Source of the DNA: an uncultured Rhizobium sp.
GTDB lineage: Bacteria > Pseudomonadota > Alphaproteobacteria > SHVZ01
DNA: 39,304 bases
Assembly: GCA_964504845.1 (NCBI GenBank)
Contig: CAZDGR010000003.1
Coordinates: 1 to 39,304 of the forward strand
Direction: 5' to 3'
Shown here: positions 8,028 to 17,391 of the stretch, piece after piece
Layout: each line of letters starts with the position of its first letter
Position numbering within the stretch: position 1 is the first letter of the stretch
The notes under the pieces: generated by a model
The model's input: the letters and a program-made list of their open reading frames with translations, nothing else
Database searches by the model: none
What the model was told of the DNA's origin: nothing
Made by a program: the position numbers and the translations under genes

Positions 8028-9212
8028 ATGAAAGTCGCCGGGTTGTTTGCGGGGATCGGTGGGTTTGAAGTCGGGCTCGCTGCGGCCGGACATGAGGCCG
8101 CTCTGCTCTGCGAAATCTGGGATCCCGCTCGCGCCGTCCTACTGGCGCAGTTCCCGAACACGACTGTTGAACGAGATGTCACTCGGCTCAAATCTCTCCC
8201 CAGGGAGACTGAGCTGCTGGTAGCGGGCTTTCCTTGTCAGGATTTGAGCCAAGCGGGCCTTACCGCTGGTATCGACGGCAAACGCTCGAGCTTGGTTTCA
8301 CACGTTTTCCGTCTTCTGGATCGCCGACGAATTCCGTGGGTGGTCTTGGAAAACGTGTCGTTCATGCTCCACCTGGAAAAGGGTCGGGCTCTTCGTACAC
8401 TCGTTGAAGCCTTTGAAGAGCGAGGCTATCGATGGGCGTATCGCGTGGTGAATTCCCTCGCATTTCTGCCACAGCGCCGTGAGCGGGTTCTGTTCGTCGC
8501 AACGTGCACTGATGCCGATCCCGCGGACGTCCTGCTAGCGGACGATGTCTCGCCTCCAGAGATAAAAACCAAGCTTACGTCACACGCACACGGCTTTTAT
8601 TGGACTGAGGGAGTGCGAGGGCTCGGTTGGGCGAGGGACGGTATTCCTACATTGAAGAACGGATCCACCATTGGGATTCCTTCACCACCTGCGATCTTGC
8701 TTCCGAGCGGCGCGATCATCACGCCGGATGTCCGCGACGCGGAGCGGTTGCAGGGATTTGAGGAGGGGTGGACCGAGCCGGCGGAGGAGACCGGCCGTCG
8801 CTCATTGCGCTGGTCTTTGATCGGTAATGCCGTGACCGTTCCAGTGGCCGAGTGGCTTGGGTCTCGGTTGAGCCAACCGGGTCGCTACGAACTATCTCGA
8901 GAGCGGGTGCTAGGTGAAGATGCGCGATGGCCGAAAGCGGCTAGATTCGACGGCGCTAAACGTCGTCAGGTCGAAATTGGGCCGTTCCCAGTTTGGGTGG
9001 CGAGGCCACGATTAGCCGACTTCCTTCGGTTTGAAGGGAAGCCTCTTTCGGCGAGAGCCACGCGAGGCTTCTTGGCGCGAACAGAGCGCAGTACCCTTCG
9101 ATTTGTGCCTGGATTCCAGGACATGCTGCGCGCGCATTTGCGCAAGATGGAACAGAAAGAAGGAACGCGGTCGATCCGCGGTTCGGAATTCGCCGTCGCT
9201 GCCGCGGAATGA
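8028..9212 (+). CDS. dcm: DNA (cytosine-5)-methyltransferase
   Basis: Motif I 'LFAGIGGF', motif IV 'GFPCQDLS', motif VI 'ENV', motif VIII 'QRRERV', motif X 'GNAVTVPV'. ATG 8028 is preferred over the upstream alternative start at 7986. Codon usage is lower in G+C than the flanks. Confidence 0.95.
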   Translation: MKVAGLFAGIGGFEVGLAAAGHEAALLCEIWDPARAVLLAQFPNTTVERDVTRLKSLPRETELLVAGFPCQDLSQAGLTAGIDGKRSSLVSHVFRLLDRRRIPWVVLENVSFMLHLEKGRALRTLVEAFEERGYRWAYRVVNSLAFLPQRRERVLFVATCTDADPADVLLADDVSPPEIKTKLTSHAHGFYWTEGVRGLGWARDGIPTLKNGSTIGIPSPPAILLPSGAIITPDVRDAERLQGFEEGWTEPAEETGRRSLRWSLIGNAVTVPVAEWLGSRLSQPGRYELSRERVLGEDARWPKAARFDGAKRRQVEIGPFPVWVARPRLADFLRFEGKPLSARATRGFLARTERSTLRFVPGFQDMLRAHLRKMEQKEGTRSIRGSEFAVAAAE

Positions 9213-9616
9213 AAGGTCCGAATCCGGCAGATTCAAAGCGCAGCGCCTTGATGGCGCGAGTTCGGCAAGAGGGCACATCTTCGGAGTTGGCTGTCTCACG
9301 AGCATTGCGGGCAATAGGTGCCCGCTATCGCAAGAATGTCCGGTCTCTCCCAGGCTCCCCCGATTTTGCAAATCGCACGAGGTCGTGGGCCGTTTTCGTG
9401 CACGGTTGTTTTTGGCACCATCATCGAGGGTGCTCGCGCGCCACTATTCCGAAGAGCAATAGAGCCTTCTGGTGCCAGAAGTTTGCCGACAATAGAGCGC
9501 GCGATGCGCGATCGCTTCGCGCGTTGAAAAAGGCCGGTTTCGACGTGACGGTTGTGTGGGAGTGCGAAGCCTTCGAACCGGAGCGCCTCCGACGAAAGCT
9601 TTCAAAGATCCCTTAA
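9209..9616 (+). CDS. vsr: Very-short-patch repair endonuclease
   Basis: 135 aa. Has 'PDFANRTRSWAVFVHGCFWHHH' and 'VWECE'. ATGA start/stop overlap with dcm. Confidence 0.92.
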   Translation: MKGPNPADSKRSALMARVRQEGTSSELAVSRALRAIGARYRKNVRSLPGSPDFANRTRSWAVFVHGCFWHHHRGCSRATIPKSNRAFWCQKFADNRARDARSLRALKKAGFDVTVVWECEAFEPERLRRKLSKIP

Positions 9617-10492
9617 TCGAGTGGCGTATGTGTGCGCCAGGCGATCGATCATCGTCTCGTAGCGATAGATGTCACCTGTCGGAGGGGCGGGTGGTCCGTT
9701 GACAAGTTCGACGGGTGACCCGTCATTCGAGCATTTCACGACTACGATCGCCAGGGCGTCGTAGCCGACATCTCCGGTCTTCGATCGTTTTGGCAATTGA
9801 CGAATTTTGTCTATTGCCAATTGAGCATCTCGGGGTTGGTTGTGAGTGCTCCATTCCGGTTCAGTAGCGCGATTCTTCTTGTTCAGATCGGGGCTGAGAT
9901 AGCGCTCTGAGACATTGACCATCGCGAATCCGGCAGCGATCGCTTGATCCGTCGCACCGTGCACGGTCGCATGAGACGAATTGAGTTCGTCGTAGAGACG
10001 AGGCAAAGCGCGCTGGTGGGCAGTCATACACGCTTTCGCTTCTAACGCCATGAGTACGCTACCGACCGGTGCCCGGCGCAACTCGGGTAGAGAAGCGAGT
10101 TCACTTTGTTCGCCTGCGGTCAGTTGTATCCCGTACTCCTTTGCCATGGATGCCAAGGTGAATGAGGTATCTGCGTCGCTTGGGCTGGGTGCAGTGCAGA
10201 GGACGAGATCCAGGTTCTTCTTCCGATCGTGAACGAAGTCCCTCATCTCGTGATTGATGCCGAAAAAGACGCGCCGTTCTTGAATGTGCCGACGAAGCAG
10301 TCCGCTGGTTCGCAGAAGATCAAATACGATCCCCCAGCACGCGACTTTCGAGTGATGGTCGCTGCGTGAGTGGTACTGCCATCGATTGCCGTATCGATCC
10401 TTGCGGGTCTGAACAGACAATGTCCGAACAAGAATGCCTGGACCGTACATGCGCCTTTCCACATCACGTAAGAGTGGATCGGCAGCATACAC
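9602..10492 (-). CDS. Putative type II restriction endonuclease (PD-(D/E)xK-like), family not recognised
   Basis: Convergent with dcm-vsr, with a 15-nt 3' overlap. Same low-G+C codon style. Candidate catalytic strands are 'NLDLVLC' and 'VLMALEAKAC' (D...ExK). Start is uncertain: GTG 10492 or ATG 10450 (MYGPGILV). Confidence 0.55.
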   Translation of the reverse strand: MYAADPLLRDVERRMYGPGILVRTLSVQTRKDRYGNRWQYHSRSDHHSKVACWGIVFDLLRTSGLLRRHIQERRVFFGINHEMRDFVHDRKKNLDLVLCTAPSPSDADTSFTLASMAKEYGIQLTAGEQSELASLPELRRAPVGSVLMALEAKACMTAHQRALPRLYDELNSSHATVHGATDQAIAAGFAMVNVSERYLSPDLNKKNRATEPEWSTHNQPRDAQLAIDKIRQLPKRSKTGDVGYDALAIVVVKCSNDGSPVELVNGPPAPPTGDIYRYETMIDRLAHTYATRLRDL

Positions 10493-10556
10493 GCAGAGGT
10501 GCTTCCAACAAGCGAACCGCTTGCTTCAGCAGTTAGGGTATTCGTCTGGGAAATTT

Positions 10557-10631
10557 TGGAGCGGGCGAAGGGATTCGAACCCTCGACCCCAACCTTGGCA
10601 AGGTTGTGCTCTACCCCTGAGCTACGCCCGC
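10557..10631 (-). tRNA. tRNA-Gly(GCC): tRNA-Gly (anticodon GCC), CCA encoded
   Basis: The reverse complement reads GCGGGCGTAGCTCAGGGGTAGAGCACAACCTTGCCAAGGTTGGGGTCGAGGGTTCGAATCCCTTCGCCCGCTCCA. It folds as a cloverleaf with anticodon loop TTGCCAA. 75 nt. Confidence 0.95.
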
Positions 10632-10739
10632 GCTCCGTATCGCTGAGCCTTGGGGAAACCCGGCCCGGCGAGGGGGCGGACTATAGCCGGATTTCACGTC
10701 ATTGCAAGGCTGTGTGCCGGCCGTTAGGGTCCGCCCGCC

Positions 10740-11267
10740 ATGACCGATTCCGCGCCCCAGGCCGAGCTTCCGCTGCCGACGAGTCCCGAGCAATTGCTCC
10801 AGCGGCTCAAGGGCTTAGGCATCGAGACCACGACCCACGACCATCCTCCCCTGCTGACGGTCGAGGATTCCAAGCGCCTGCGGGGCGACCTGCCGGGCGG
10901 CCACTGCAAGAACCTCTTCCTCAAGGACAAGAAGGACCGCTACTGGCTGGTGGTGACCTCCGAGGACCGCAAGGTCGACATCAAGGCGCTCGACGCCAAG
11001 CTGGGGGCGGCCCGTCTCTCCTTCGCCAGCGCCGAGCGGCTCTGGAACGTGCTCGGTGTTCGGCCGGGCTCGGTCACGCCCTTCGCGCTGATCAACGACA
11101 GGGACCGGAAGGTACAGGTGATCCTGGACGCGGCGATGCTGAAGGAGAGCCTCCTCAACTACCACCCCTTGGTGAACACCCGGACGACCGCGATCAAGCC
11201 GGCCGACCTGGTCCGCTTCATCGAGGCTTGCGGGCACCGGCCCGCCACCCTAAATCTCGATACCTGA
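10740..11267 (+). CDS. Prolyl-tRNA synthetase-associated (YbaK/ProX-type) editing domain protein
   Basis: 175 aa. Motifs 'GGHCKNLFLKDKK' and 'GSVTPFALIND' are typical of ProX-like deacylases. Confidence 0.85.
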   Translation: MTDSAPQAELPLPTSPEQLLQRLKGLGIETTTHDHPPLLTVEDSKRLRGDLPGGHCKNLFLKDKKDRYWLVVTSEDRKVDIKALDAKLGAARLSFASAERLWNVLGVRPGSVTPFALINDRDRKVQVILDAAMLKESLLNYHPLVNTRTTAIKPADLVRFIEACGHRPATLNLDT

Positions 11268-11289
11268 CGGATAATTAGGAACAATCCCC

Positions 11290-12213
11290 ATGGAGCCACT
11301 CCTCGGTTTGGGCCAGGCGCCGGCCGGCGCCGTCGCGCCGGTCAAGGACGTCGGCCAGAAGGAATTCATGGCCGAGGTCATCGACGCCTCCAAGGAGGTG
11401 CCGGTGATCGTCGACTTCTGGGCGCCGTGGTGCGGCCCCTGCAAGACCTTAGGTCCCATGCTCGAGAAGGCAGTCGCCGCCACCAAGGGCAAGGTCCGCA
11501 TGGTGAAGGTCGACATCGACAAGAACCAGGCGCTGGCGGCCCAGATGCGCATCCAGTCGATCCCGGCGGTCTATGCCTTCAAGGGCGGCCGGCCGATCGA
11601 CGGCTTCGTCGGCGCGCTGCCGGAAAGCCAGATCAAGCAGTTCGTCCAGCGCCTGGCCGCCGCCGGCGGGCCGACGGAAGAGGACAACGTGATCGAGGAG
11701 GCGCTGGGGCAGGCGAAGGACCTGCTGGATGCCGGCAACCACGCCGCCGCCGGCAATCTCTACGCCCAGATCCTCCAGCACGACCCCGAGAACCCGCAGG
11801 CGATCGCCGGCCACCTCCGCTGCCTGATCAAGGCCGGCAATGCCGGCGAGGCGCGCGAGATCCTGAAGGAGCTGCCGCCCGAGATCGCCAAGAACCCGGA
11901 GATCGTCGCGGTCGCGGCCACGCTCGAGATCGCGGAGTCCGGTGCCAAGGCGGGCGCCACGCAGCCGCTGCGCGACAAGGTCGCGGCCGATCCGGCCGAT
12001 CACCAGGCGCGCTTCGACCTGGCGATGGCGCTGTTCGCGGAGGGACAGAAGGAGTCGGCGGTCGACGAGCTGCTGGAGCTCTTCAGGCGCGATCGCAAGT
12101 GGAACGAGGGAGCGGCACGGGCGCAGCTGGTCAAGTTCTTCGAAGCCTTCGGGCCGACCGATCCGCTGACCATCGCCGGCCGCAAGCGTCTCTCGTCGCT
12201 GATGTTCTCTTAA
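11290..12213 (+). CDS. Thioredoxin-domain protein with C-terminal TPR-like domain (YbbN/CnoX-like)
   Basis: Has 'DFWAPWCGPCK' followed by about 190 aa of helical repeats. 307 aa. Confidence 0.88.
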   Translation: MEPLLGLGQAPAGAVAPVKDVGQKEFMAEVIDASKEVPVIVDFWAPWCGPCKTLGPMLEKAVAATKGKVRMVKVDIDKNQALAAQMRIQSIPAVYAFKGGRPIDGFVGALPESQIKQFVQRLAAAGGPTEEDNVIEEALGQAKDLLDAGNHAAAGNLYAQILQHDPENPQAIAGHLRCLIKAGNAGEAREILKELPPEIAKNPEIVAVAATLEIAESGAKAGATQPLRDKVAADPADHQARFDLAMALFAEGQKESAVDELLELFRRDRKWNEGAARAQLVKFFEAFGPTDPLTIAGRKRLSSLMFS

Positions 12214-12232
12214 AGAGAGAGAGGAGGCCTCG

Positions 12233-12910
12233 ATGTCGGAGCAGGTTCACGCGACCCGCTTCGAGGATCTTCCGGCGGAGCTCCCGGTCTTCCCGCTTTC
12301 GGGTGTGCTGCTGCTGCCCCGCGGCCGGCTGCCGCTCAACATCTTCGAGCCCCGATACCTCGCGATGACGAAGGACGCGCTGGCGCCGCCGCGGCTGATC
12401 GGCATGATCCAGCCGACCGACCCCGCGAACGAGCGCGATGCCGACGCTGCGCCCGAGCTCTATCGCATCGGCTGCGCCGGACGGGTGATCGCCTTCAGCG
12501 AGACCGAGGACGGGCGCTTCCTGATGACGCTGACCGGCGTCGCGCGATTCGAGATCGACGCCGAGCTGCCGATGCGCTCGGGCTATCGCCGCGTGAGGCC
12601 GCGCTGGGATCGCTTCCGCGGCGATCTCGTTTCCGACGAGGCCGCGGTCGACCGCAAGGCGCTGTTCCACTCGCTCAAGCCCTACTTCGACGCCCGCGGC
12701 CTGAAGGCCGACTGGGACCAGGTAGACAAGACCGGCGACGAGCGCCTGGTGGCGATGCTGTCGATGATCTGTCCTTTCGCGCCGCCGGAGAAGCAGGCGC
12801 TGCTCGAGGCGAAGGACCTCGCCGCCCGCGCCGACATCCTGAAGGGCCTGCTCGAGATGGCGCTGGCGACGCCGCCGGAAGCGCCGGCCGCCGATCTGAG
12901 GAAGCATTGA
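12233..12910 (+). CDS. LON N-terminal substrate-binding domain protein
   Basis: Has 'LPVFPLSGVLLLPRGRLPLNIFEPRYLAM'. 225 aa. GGAGG ribosome-binding site upstream. Confidence 0.88.
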   Translation: MSEQVHATRFEDLPAELPVFPLSGVLLLPRGRLPLNIFEPRYLAMTKDALAPPRLIGMIQPTDPANERDADAAPELYRIGCAGRVIAFSETEDGRFLMTLTGVARFEIDAELPMRSGYRRVRPRWDRFRGDLVSDEAAVDRKALFHSLKPYFDARGLKADWDQVDKTGDERLVAMLSMICPFAPPEKQALLEAKDLAARADILKGLLEMALATPPEAPAADLRKH

Positions 12911-12937
12911 GCGAGCTTGCCGGGTTTCCTCGGTCGT

Positions 12938-14677
12938 CTATGGCCGTGCGAGTCCGCGCGCGGGTCCGGAGCTGCGCGACGCCGTCTCGAGCTTGAGCGC
13001 GCGTCGGTCGATGACGACCGACAGCAAGGTGTTCTCGCGCTCCACGCCGTAGATCTGTTCGCCCGCCATGACTCTCTTGCACTCTTCGACCTCGACAATC
13101 CTCGCGGTGGCCGGTGCGTAGTTCAGCATGCTGATCACGAAGTCGGCTTCGCGGTCGTTCGCGGCTTCGACGAAGTTTGGCGGGAAATAGTACTTCGCCG
13201 AAACCTTCGGCCCGCATATCCGGATCCTGAAGGTGCGCGCCTCGAACTCTCCCTGGTATCGGTCGCGAAGGGTCCGTTCGAGCCCGCGGACCGCCTCGGC
13301 GTAGGAGTTGCCCCAGTAGTCGAGCTTGTAGAGTCCCTGAGCGCCTTCGACGCCGCCGATCAGCGCGTTGTAGTAGACGTATTCGTTGGGATGAAGCCGC
13401 GCGAGAAGTGAGACGTGGTAGCCGAGATAGACGGCGAGCCCCGCGGCCGCCGGTCGGAGCCATTGCCCCCGCGCGGCCTGGGCGATCACGCGGTCCAGGA
13501 CGACTGCCGCGATCACGACGAGGGACGGCAGTATGAACAGAAAGTGCCGCATGCCATTGAAGATCGTGGCATTGATCGCGATCGCGTAGACGACAGGAAA
13601 TGCCGCGGTGAAGACGAGGAGAGCGAACGGCGCCACGGTCTCCGGGCGGCGTCGCATTTCGGGCGACGCGAGCGCGTAGAGCGATAGCGGAATCGCGAGC
13701 GCGAGGAGCGCCACGTGGAGTTCCGGCAGCTTGAGCAGCGTGTAGGTCGGCAGGTAGGACCAGGGCAGGTCCGATGCCGAGTAGTACTCGCCGCCGAACA
13801 GCACGTGATAGCCATAGGCGTGATGCGAGAAGTCGCGAAGCGCGGCGAGAGGATTCGAGAATGGCGCCTGCTGGGCATAGGGCCAGAACAGCAGCATCAC
13901 CGGATAGGCGACCGCGAGCGCCGGCAGGGCCGCGCGAAAGCCGCTTCGACAGGCGTAGCCCAGCATCTCGCCGATGTTCCGAGTGGCGAGACCATGCCAC
14001 ACCGAAAGCACAAGGATCGTGACGCCGAGATAGGCGAAGAGGAGAACTCCGCCGATCCTCACGCCTGCGGTGAGCCCGAGCAGGATGCCGAAGCGGACCG
14101 CAAGCGAGAGCGAAGGGTTTGGAAGCGTTCGCAGGATGAGGATGAGATAATAGGTTCCCCAGGTCATGCCGACGGCAAAGGGAACGTCCTTCGGGTTGTT
14201 GAACATGTGCCCGAAGTAGTTCGGTGTCAGCGCGAGCCCGATGGCGGCGATCAGGCCCGCCCGCGGGCCGGCCAGTGTCCTCGCCAGCTTCCAGGTGCCG
14301 ACGATACCGAGGATCCCTACGATGGCGTTGAAGGCATGCCTGGTCTCGTAGTAGCCGAGCGGCGAGATCATGGTGAGCAGCGTCGCCGGGACGTCGAAGG
14401 CGCCGCCGTAGATGTACAGGTTCCACCAGGTCAGAGCGGTCCGATCCGCGCCGAGCGAGGCGTAGTATCGGACGATCAATTCGCCGTAGTAGGCGTGGAG
14501 GTCTTCATCCCAGCTGACACCGTAGTCGGCGAACGTCAGCGCCGAGACGACGCCGACCGCGAGTAGCAGCACGGCGGATAGGCGGTCGGGACTTAGCCGT
14601 CCTCGCCGCCTGGCGATCCATTCGTAGGCTGTCCGCAATAGCCCACCTCCCTGCGACCGTATGACGGCCGGCCGCAT
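12938..14677 (-). CDS. GT-C fold membrane glycosyltransferase (family 39 / ArnT-PMT-like)
   Basis: 579 aa. Many hydrophobic segments in the first about 420 aa. Acidic first-loop motif 'YGVSWDEDLH'. Soluble C-terminal domain. Confidence 0.6.
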   Translation of the reverse strand: MRPAVIRSQGGGLLRTAYEWIARRRGRLSPDRLSAVLLLAVGVVSALTFADYGVSWDEDLHAYYGELIVRYYASLGADRTALTWWNLYIYGGAFDVPATLLTMISPLGYYETRHAFNAIVGILGIVGTWKLARTLAGPRAGLIAAIGLALTPNYFGHMFNNPKDVPFAVGMTWGTYYLILILRTLPNPSLSLAVRFGILLGLTAGVRIGGVLLFAYLGVTILVLSVWHGLATRNIGEMLGYACRSGFRAALPALAVAYPVMLLFWPYAQQAPFSNPLAALRDFSHHAYGYHVLFGGEYYSASDLPWSYLPTYTLLKLPELHVALLALAIPLSLYALASPEMRRRPETVAPFALLVFTAAFPVVYAIAINATIFNGMRHFLFILPSLVVIAAVVLDRVIAQAARGQWLRPAAAGLAVYLGYHVSLLARLHPNEYVYYNALIGGVEGAQGLYKLDYWGNSYAEAVRGLERTLRDRYQGEFEARTFRIRICGPKVSAKYYFPPNFVEAANDREADFVISMLNYAPATARIVEVEECKRVMAGEQIYGVERENTLLSVVIDRRALKLETASRSSGPARGLARP

Positions 14678-14815
14678 CCCCTAGCGATAGGCTACCATGA
14701 CCTCATTCAAATAAGGCGCAAACGTGGCGGCGCGGTGCGTCGATGCAGCTCGACATTGCCACGAGCGAGGTCCGCGACGATGGCGGCAAGCGAAGCGGGA
14801 GGCCGGCTAAGGACT

Positions 14816-16642
14816 ATGCGGAAGAGACTCGCGAGCCGGCAATTCGAGGCTGCCGCGCCCATTCTGGTCGCGCTCCTGGTATGCGTCGCCTCGTTCGCTC
14901 CGGCCGCAGCGCAGCGTCCCTTCCTCGCGGCGCCGATCTGGGTCTACAACAACTGGTCGGCCTACGACGAGCTTTCGGACGACGTGCCGCTGACCGAGGA
15001 ACTCGCGATGCGCGAGCTCGAAGAGGTGCAGCGGCTGCGCCGGCTCGGCGTGCGCCTCGACTACTACATGATGGACGCATTCTGGTACGATCCGGACGGC
15101 GGCTACCGGACCTGGCGCCGCGAGTCCTGGCCCCAGGGACCCGACCGCTGGCTGGAAGCGTGCAAGGCGCTCGGAATCAAGCCCGGCCTCTGGTTCAGCA
15201 CCAACACCCTCACGCATATGAACGCCGTGCCGCGGTGGCGCGACTCCCTGGACGAAGAGGGCTATGCCATGGCCCTCTATGCCGGTGGATTTCTCGCCGA
15301 CTTCATGGACGTGCTCCAATACTGGTACGGGCGCGGAATCCGGATGTTCAAGTTCGACTTTGCCCTGTTCACCGTGCCGGTAGCCGGAGACGGGTTGATG
15401 ATGACGCGCCGCGAGATCCGGCAGCGCAACGCATGGGCCCTCTACGAAGCGCTCCTCGACTTTCGCCGGCGGAATCCCGATGCAGTCCTGGTCGGATTCA
15501 ACGGATTCGTCGGCGACATCACCTCGCCATCGAGGCCGCTGACCTCGTTCGCCTCGAGATGGCTCGACGTCTTCGACGCTCTCTACTCGGGCGATCCGCG
15601 GCCTGCCGATACGCCGGCGATGGACTTCTGGCGATCGATGGACATCTACAGCGACCACATGGTGCGCGCCTTCGAGCGCGACGGCATTCCGCTCAGCCGC
15701 ATCGATTCGACGAGCGTCATGCTGGGCGAAACCGGGACGAACTACCGGCGTGGCAAGGGTGCCTGGAAAGGCAGCGTGCTGCTGATGGCGGCGCATGGCG
15801 GCTGGGTGAACACCCTGCACGGCAATCTCGAAGCCCTCGGCGACGACGACGTTCGCTGGCTGGCCAAGGTGCAGGACATGTACGACCCGGTGCAGCGGCA
15901 CGGGGTCATCGGTTCCTTCGGCAGCGAGCCCGGCAGCTCGGCGCCTTACGGCTTCGTCGCGGAGGGCGGCGACGGCGCCCTCTATGCGATCGTCAATCCG
16001 TCGCAGAGCGTCCGCTCGGTCGGGATTCCCGCCGCATCGCGGCCGTTCGGGCGCGGCCTCGTTCTTTTCCGGGATGCGGGATTCGAACCGGTGCTGAGCG
16101 GCGACGACATCCGGCTCGGCCCGGGCCAGCTCGCCCTGGTCGGCTTCGGTCGTTATGCCGATCCTTCCTACGATCTCGGCATCGAGTCGGATATCCAGAT
16201 TCCGCGGGCGATCGAGCGGATCCAGGCGAGGTTCACGCCGAGCGAGGTGTTGACCTCACCGCCCGAGAAGTCGGCAGCGACCCTGTTGGGGCAGATACCC
16301 GCCCGCCGCCGCCCGCTCAGCATCGAGACCGTCGTGGCTCCGCCCGTCAGCGGCGATCTGAGGATCATCCTGAAGCGTCGCGACGCCGACGGCTCCATGG
16401 CGCGCCGCTTCAGCAAGACCTCGATGGGCCGGCACCTGGTGATCTCGGCCTTCCAGGACGGCAGGCCGCTCCCGGTCGAGATCCGCTACGACAAGGTGGT
16501 CTGGAGCGGCCTGTCCTGGGCGGTCGGCGAGATCCGCGGCCAGGATCTGGATCGCCGACTCCCGATCCGGATTCGCCTTGCGACGAGAGAACGGGAGGTC
16601 GAGGTTCGACTGTCTGGACAGGTCTATCGTGTCGAATACTGA
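14816..16642 (+). CDS. Secreted hypothetical protein, glycoside-hydrolase-like TIM barrel (clan GH-D-like)
   Basis: ATG 14816 yields a signal peptide ([33 protein letters not shown]). 'YNNWSAYDE', 'IKPGLWFS' and 'IRMFKFDFA' resemble alpha-galactosidase-type barrels. The functional call is tentative. Confidence 0.5.
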   Translation: MRKRLASRQFEAAAPILVALLVCVASFAPAAAQRPFLAAPIWVYNNWSAYDELSDDVPLTEELAMRELEEVQRLRRLGVRLDYYMMDAFWYDPDGGYRTWRRESWPQGPDRWLEACKALGIKPGLWFSTNTLTHMNAVPRWRDSLDEEGYAMALYAGGFLADFMDVLQYWYGRGIRMFKFDFALFTVPVAGDGLMMTRREIRQRNAWALYEALLDFRRRNPDAVLVGFNGFVGDITSPSRPLTSFASRWLDVFDALYSGDPRPADTPAMDFWRSMDIYSDHMVRAFERDGIPLSRIDSTSVMLGETGTNYRRGKGAWKGSVLLMAAHGGWVNTLHGNLEALGDDDVRWLAKVQDMYDPVQRHGVIGSFGSEPGSSAPYGFVAEGGDGALYAIVNPSQSVRSVGIPAASRPFGRGLVLFRDAGFEPVLSGDDIRLGPGQLALVGFGRYADPSYDLGIESDIQIPRAIERIQARFTPSEVLTSPPEKSAATLLGQIPARRRPLSIETVVAPPVSGDLRIILKRRDADGSMARRFSKTSMGRHLVISAFQDGRPLPVEIRYDKVVWSGLSWAVGEIRGQDLDRRLPIRIRLATREREVEVRLSGQVYRVEY

Positions 16643-16710
16643 GACGGTTGCGACAGCCTCCGCGGTGCATTCGCGTTGACCTGGCCGGGGGGCGCTTCCA
16701 TGATCCGCCC

Positions 16711-16920
16711 ATGACCGAAGCCAAAGCCGCCGGTGCCATCGATCCCAAGCTGCTGGAGATCCTGGTCTGCCCGCTGACCAAGTCGCCGCTCCGCTATGAC
16801 CGCGAGGCGCAGGAGCTGATCAGCGACCAGGCGAAGCTGGCCTATCCGATCCGCGACGGCATCCCGATCATGCTGGTCGACGAGGCGCGCTCGATCGACG
16901 ACGAGCCGGCGAAGCGGTGA
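16711..16920 (+). CDS. Trm112 family protein
   Basis: 69 aa. '[14 protein letters not shown]...[11 protein letters not shown]'. It is the real tail of the long ORF 14743..16920. Confidence 0.88.
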   Translation: MTEAKAAGAIDPKLLEILVCPLTKSPLRYDREAQELISDQAKLAYPIRDGIPIMLVDEARSIDDEPAKR

Positions 16921-17303
16921 CCGGAAAGGAGCCGGCCGCGCCCTGGCCGACCGAGCTTCGCCTGCGGAAAGCGGAGAAGATCCTCGAGATCGTCTACGAC
17001 GACGGCGTCGCCTTCCGGATTCCGGCCGAGCTGCTTCGCGTCGAGAGCCCCTCGGCCGAGGTGCAGGGCCACAGCGCCGCGCAGAAGACGCTGGTCTCCG
17101 GCCGCCGCCATGTCGGCATCCTCGAGGTCGAGCCGGTCGGCAACTACGCGGTCCGCCTGGTCTTCGACGACCTTCACGATACCGGCATCTTCACCTGGGC
17201 CTATCTCCGCCATCTCGGCGAGAACCAGGGCAAGCTTTTCAAGGCCTATGTGGATGCGCTCGCGGGGAAAGGGCTTTCGCGCGATCCGCCGAGCCGCGCC
17301 TAG
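16917..17303 (+). CDS. DUF971 (gamma-butyrobetaine hydroxylase-like N-terminal domain) protein
   Basis: 128 aa. '[22 protein letters not shown]'. GTGA overlap with the Trm112 gene. Confidence 0.82.
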   Translation: MTGKEPAAPWPTELRLRKAEKILEIVYDDGVAFRIPAELLRVESPSAEVQGHSAAQKTLVSGRRHVGILEVEPVGNYAVRLVFDDLHDTGIFTWAYLRHLGENQGKLFKAYVDALAGKGLSRDPPSRA

Positions 17304-17313
17304 AGTCTTCGTT

Positions 17314-17331
17314 CCGACATCCAGCTGTCAC
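17314..17331 (+). promoter_or_regulatory. Candidate Pho box upstream of phoX
   Basis: CCGACAT-ccag-CTGTCAC: two 7-bp repeats with a 4-bp spacer. The first repeat is degenerate. Lies 61 nt upstream of the phoX ATG. Confidence 0.45.
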
Positions 17332-17391
17332 AGGCCCATAACGGCCCAGGCCTAAGAAGACGGTCCTCACCTCAAGGACCGGAGGCCCGAC

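Noticed and set aside
12675-14426. 583-aa ORF on the minus strand, overlapping the GT39-like gene in another frame
   Set aside because: It is an Arg/Pro/Ser-rich shadow frame. The alternative frame (12938..14677) gives a coherent polytopic membrane protein.
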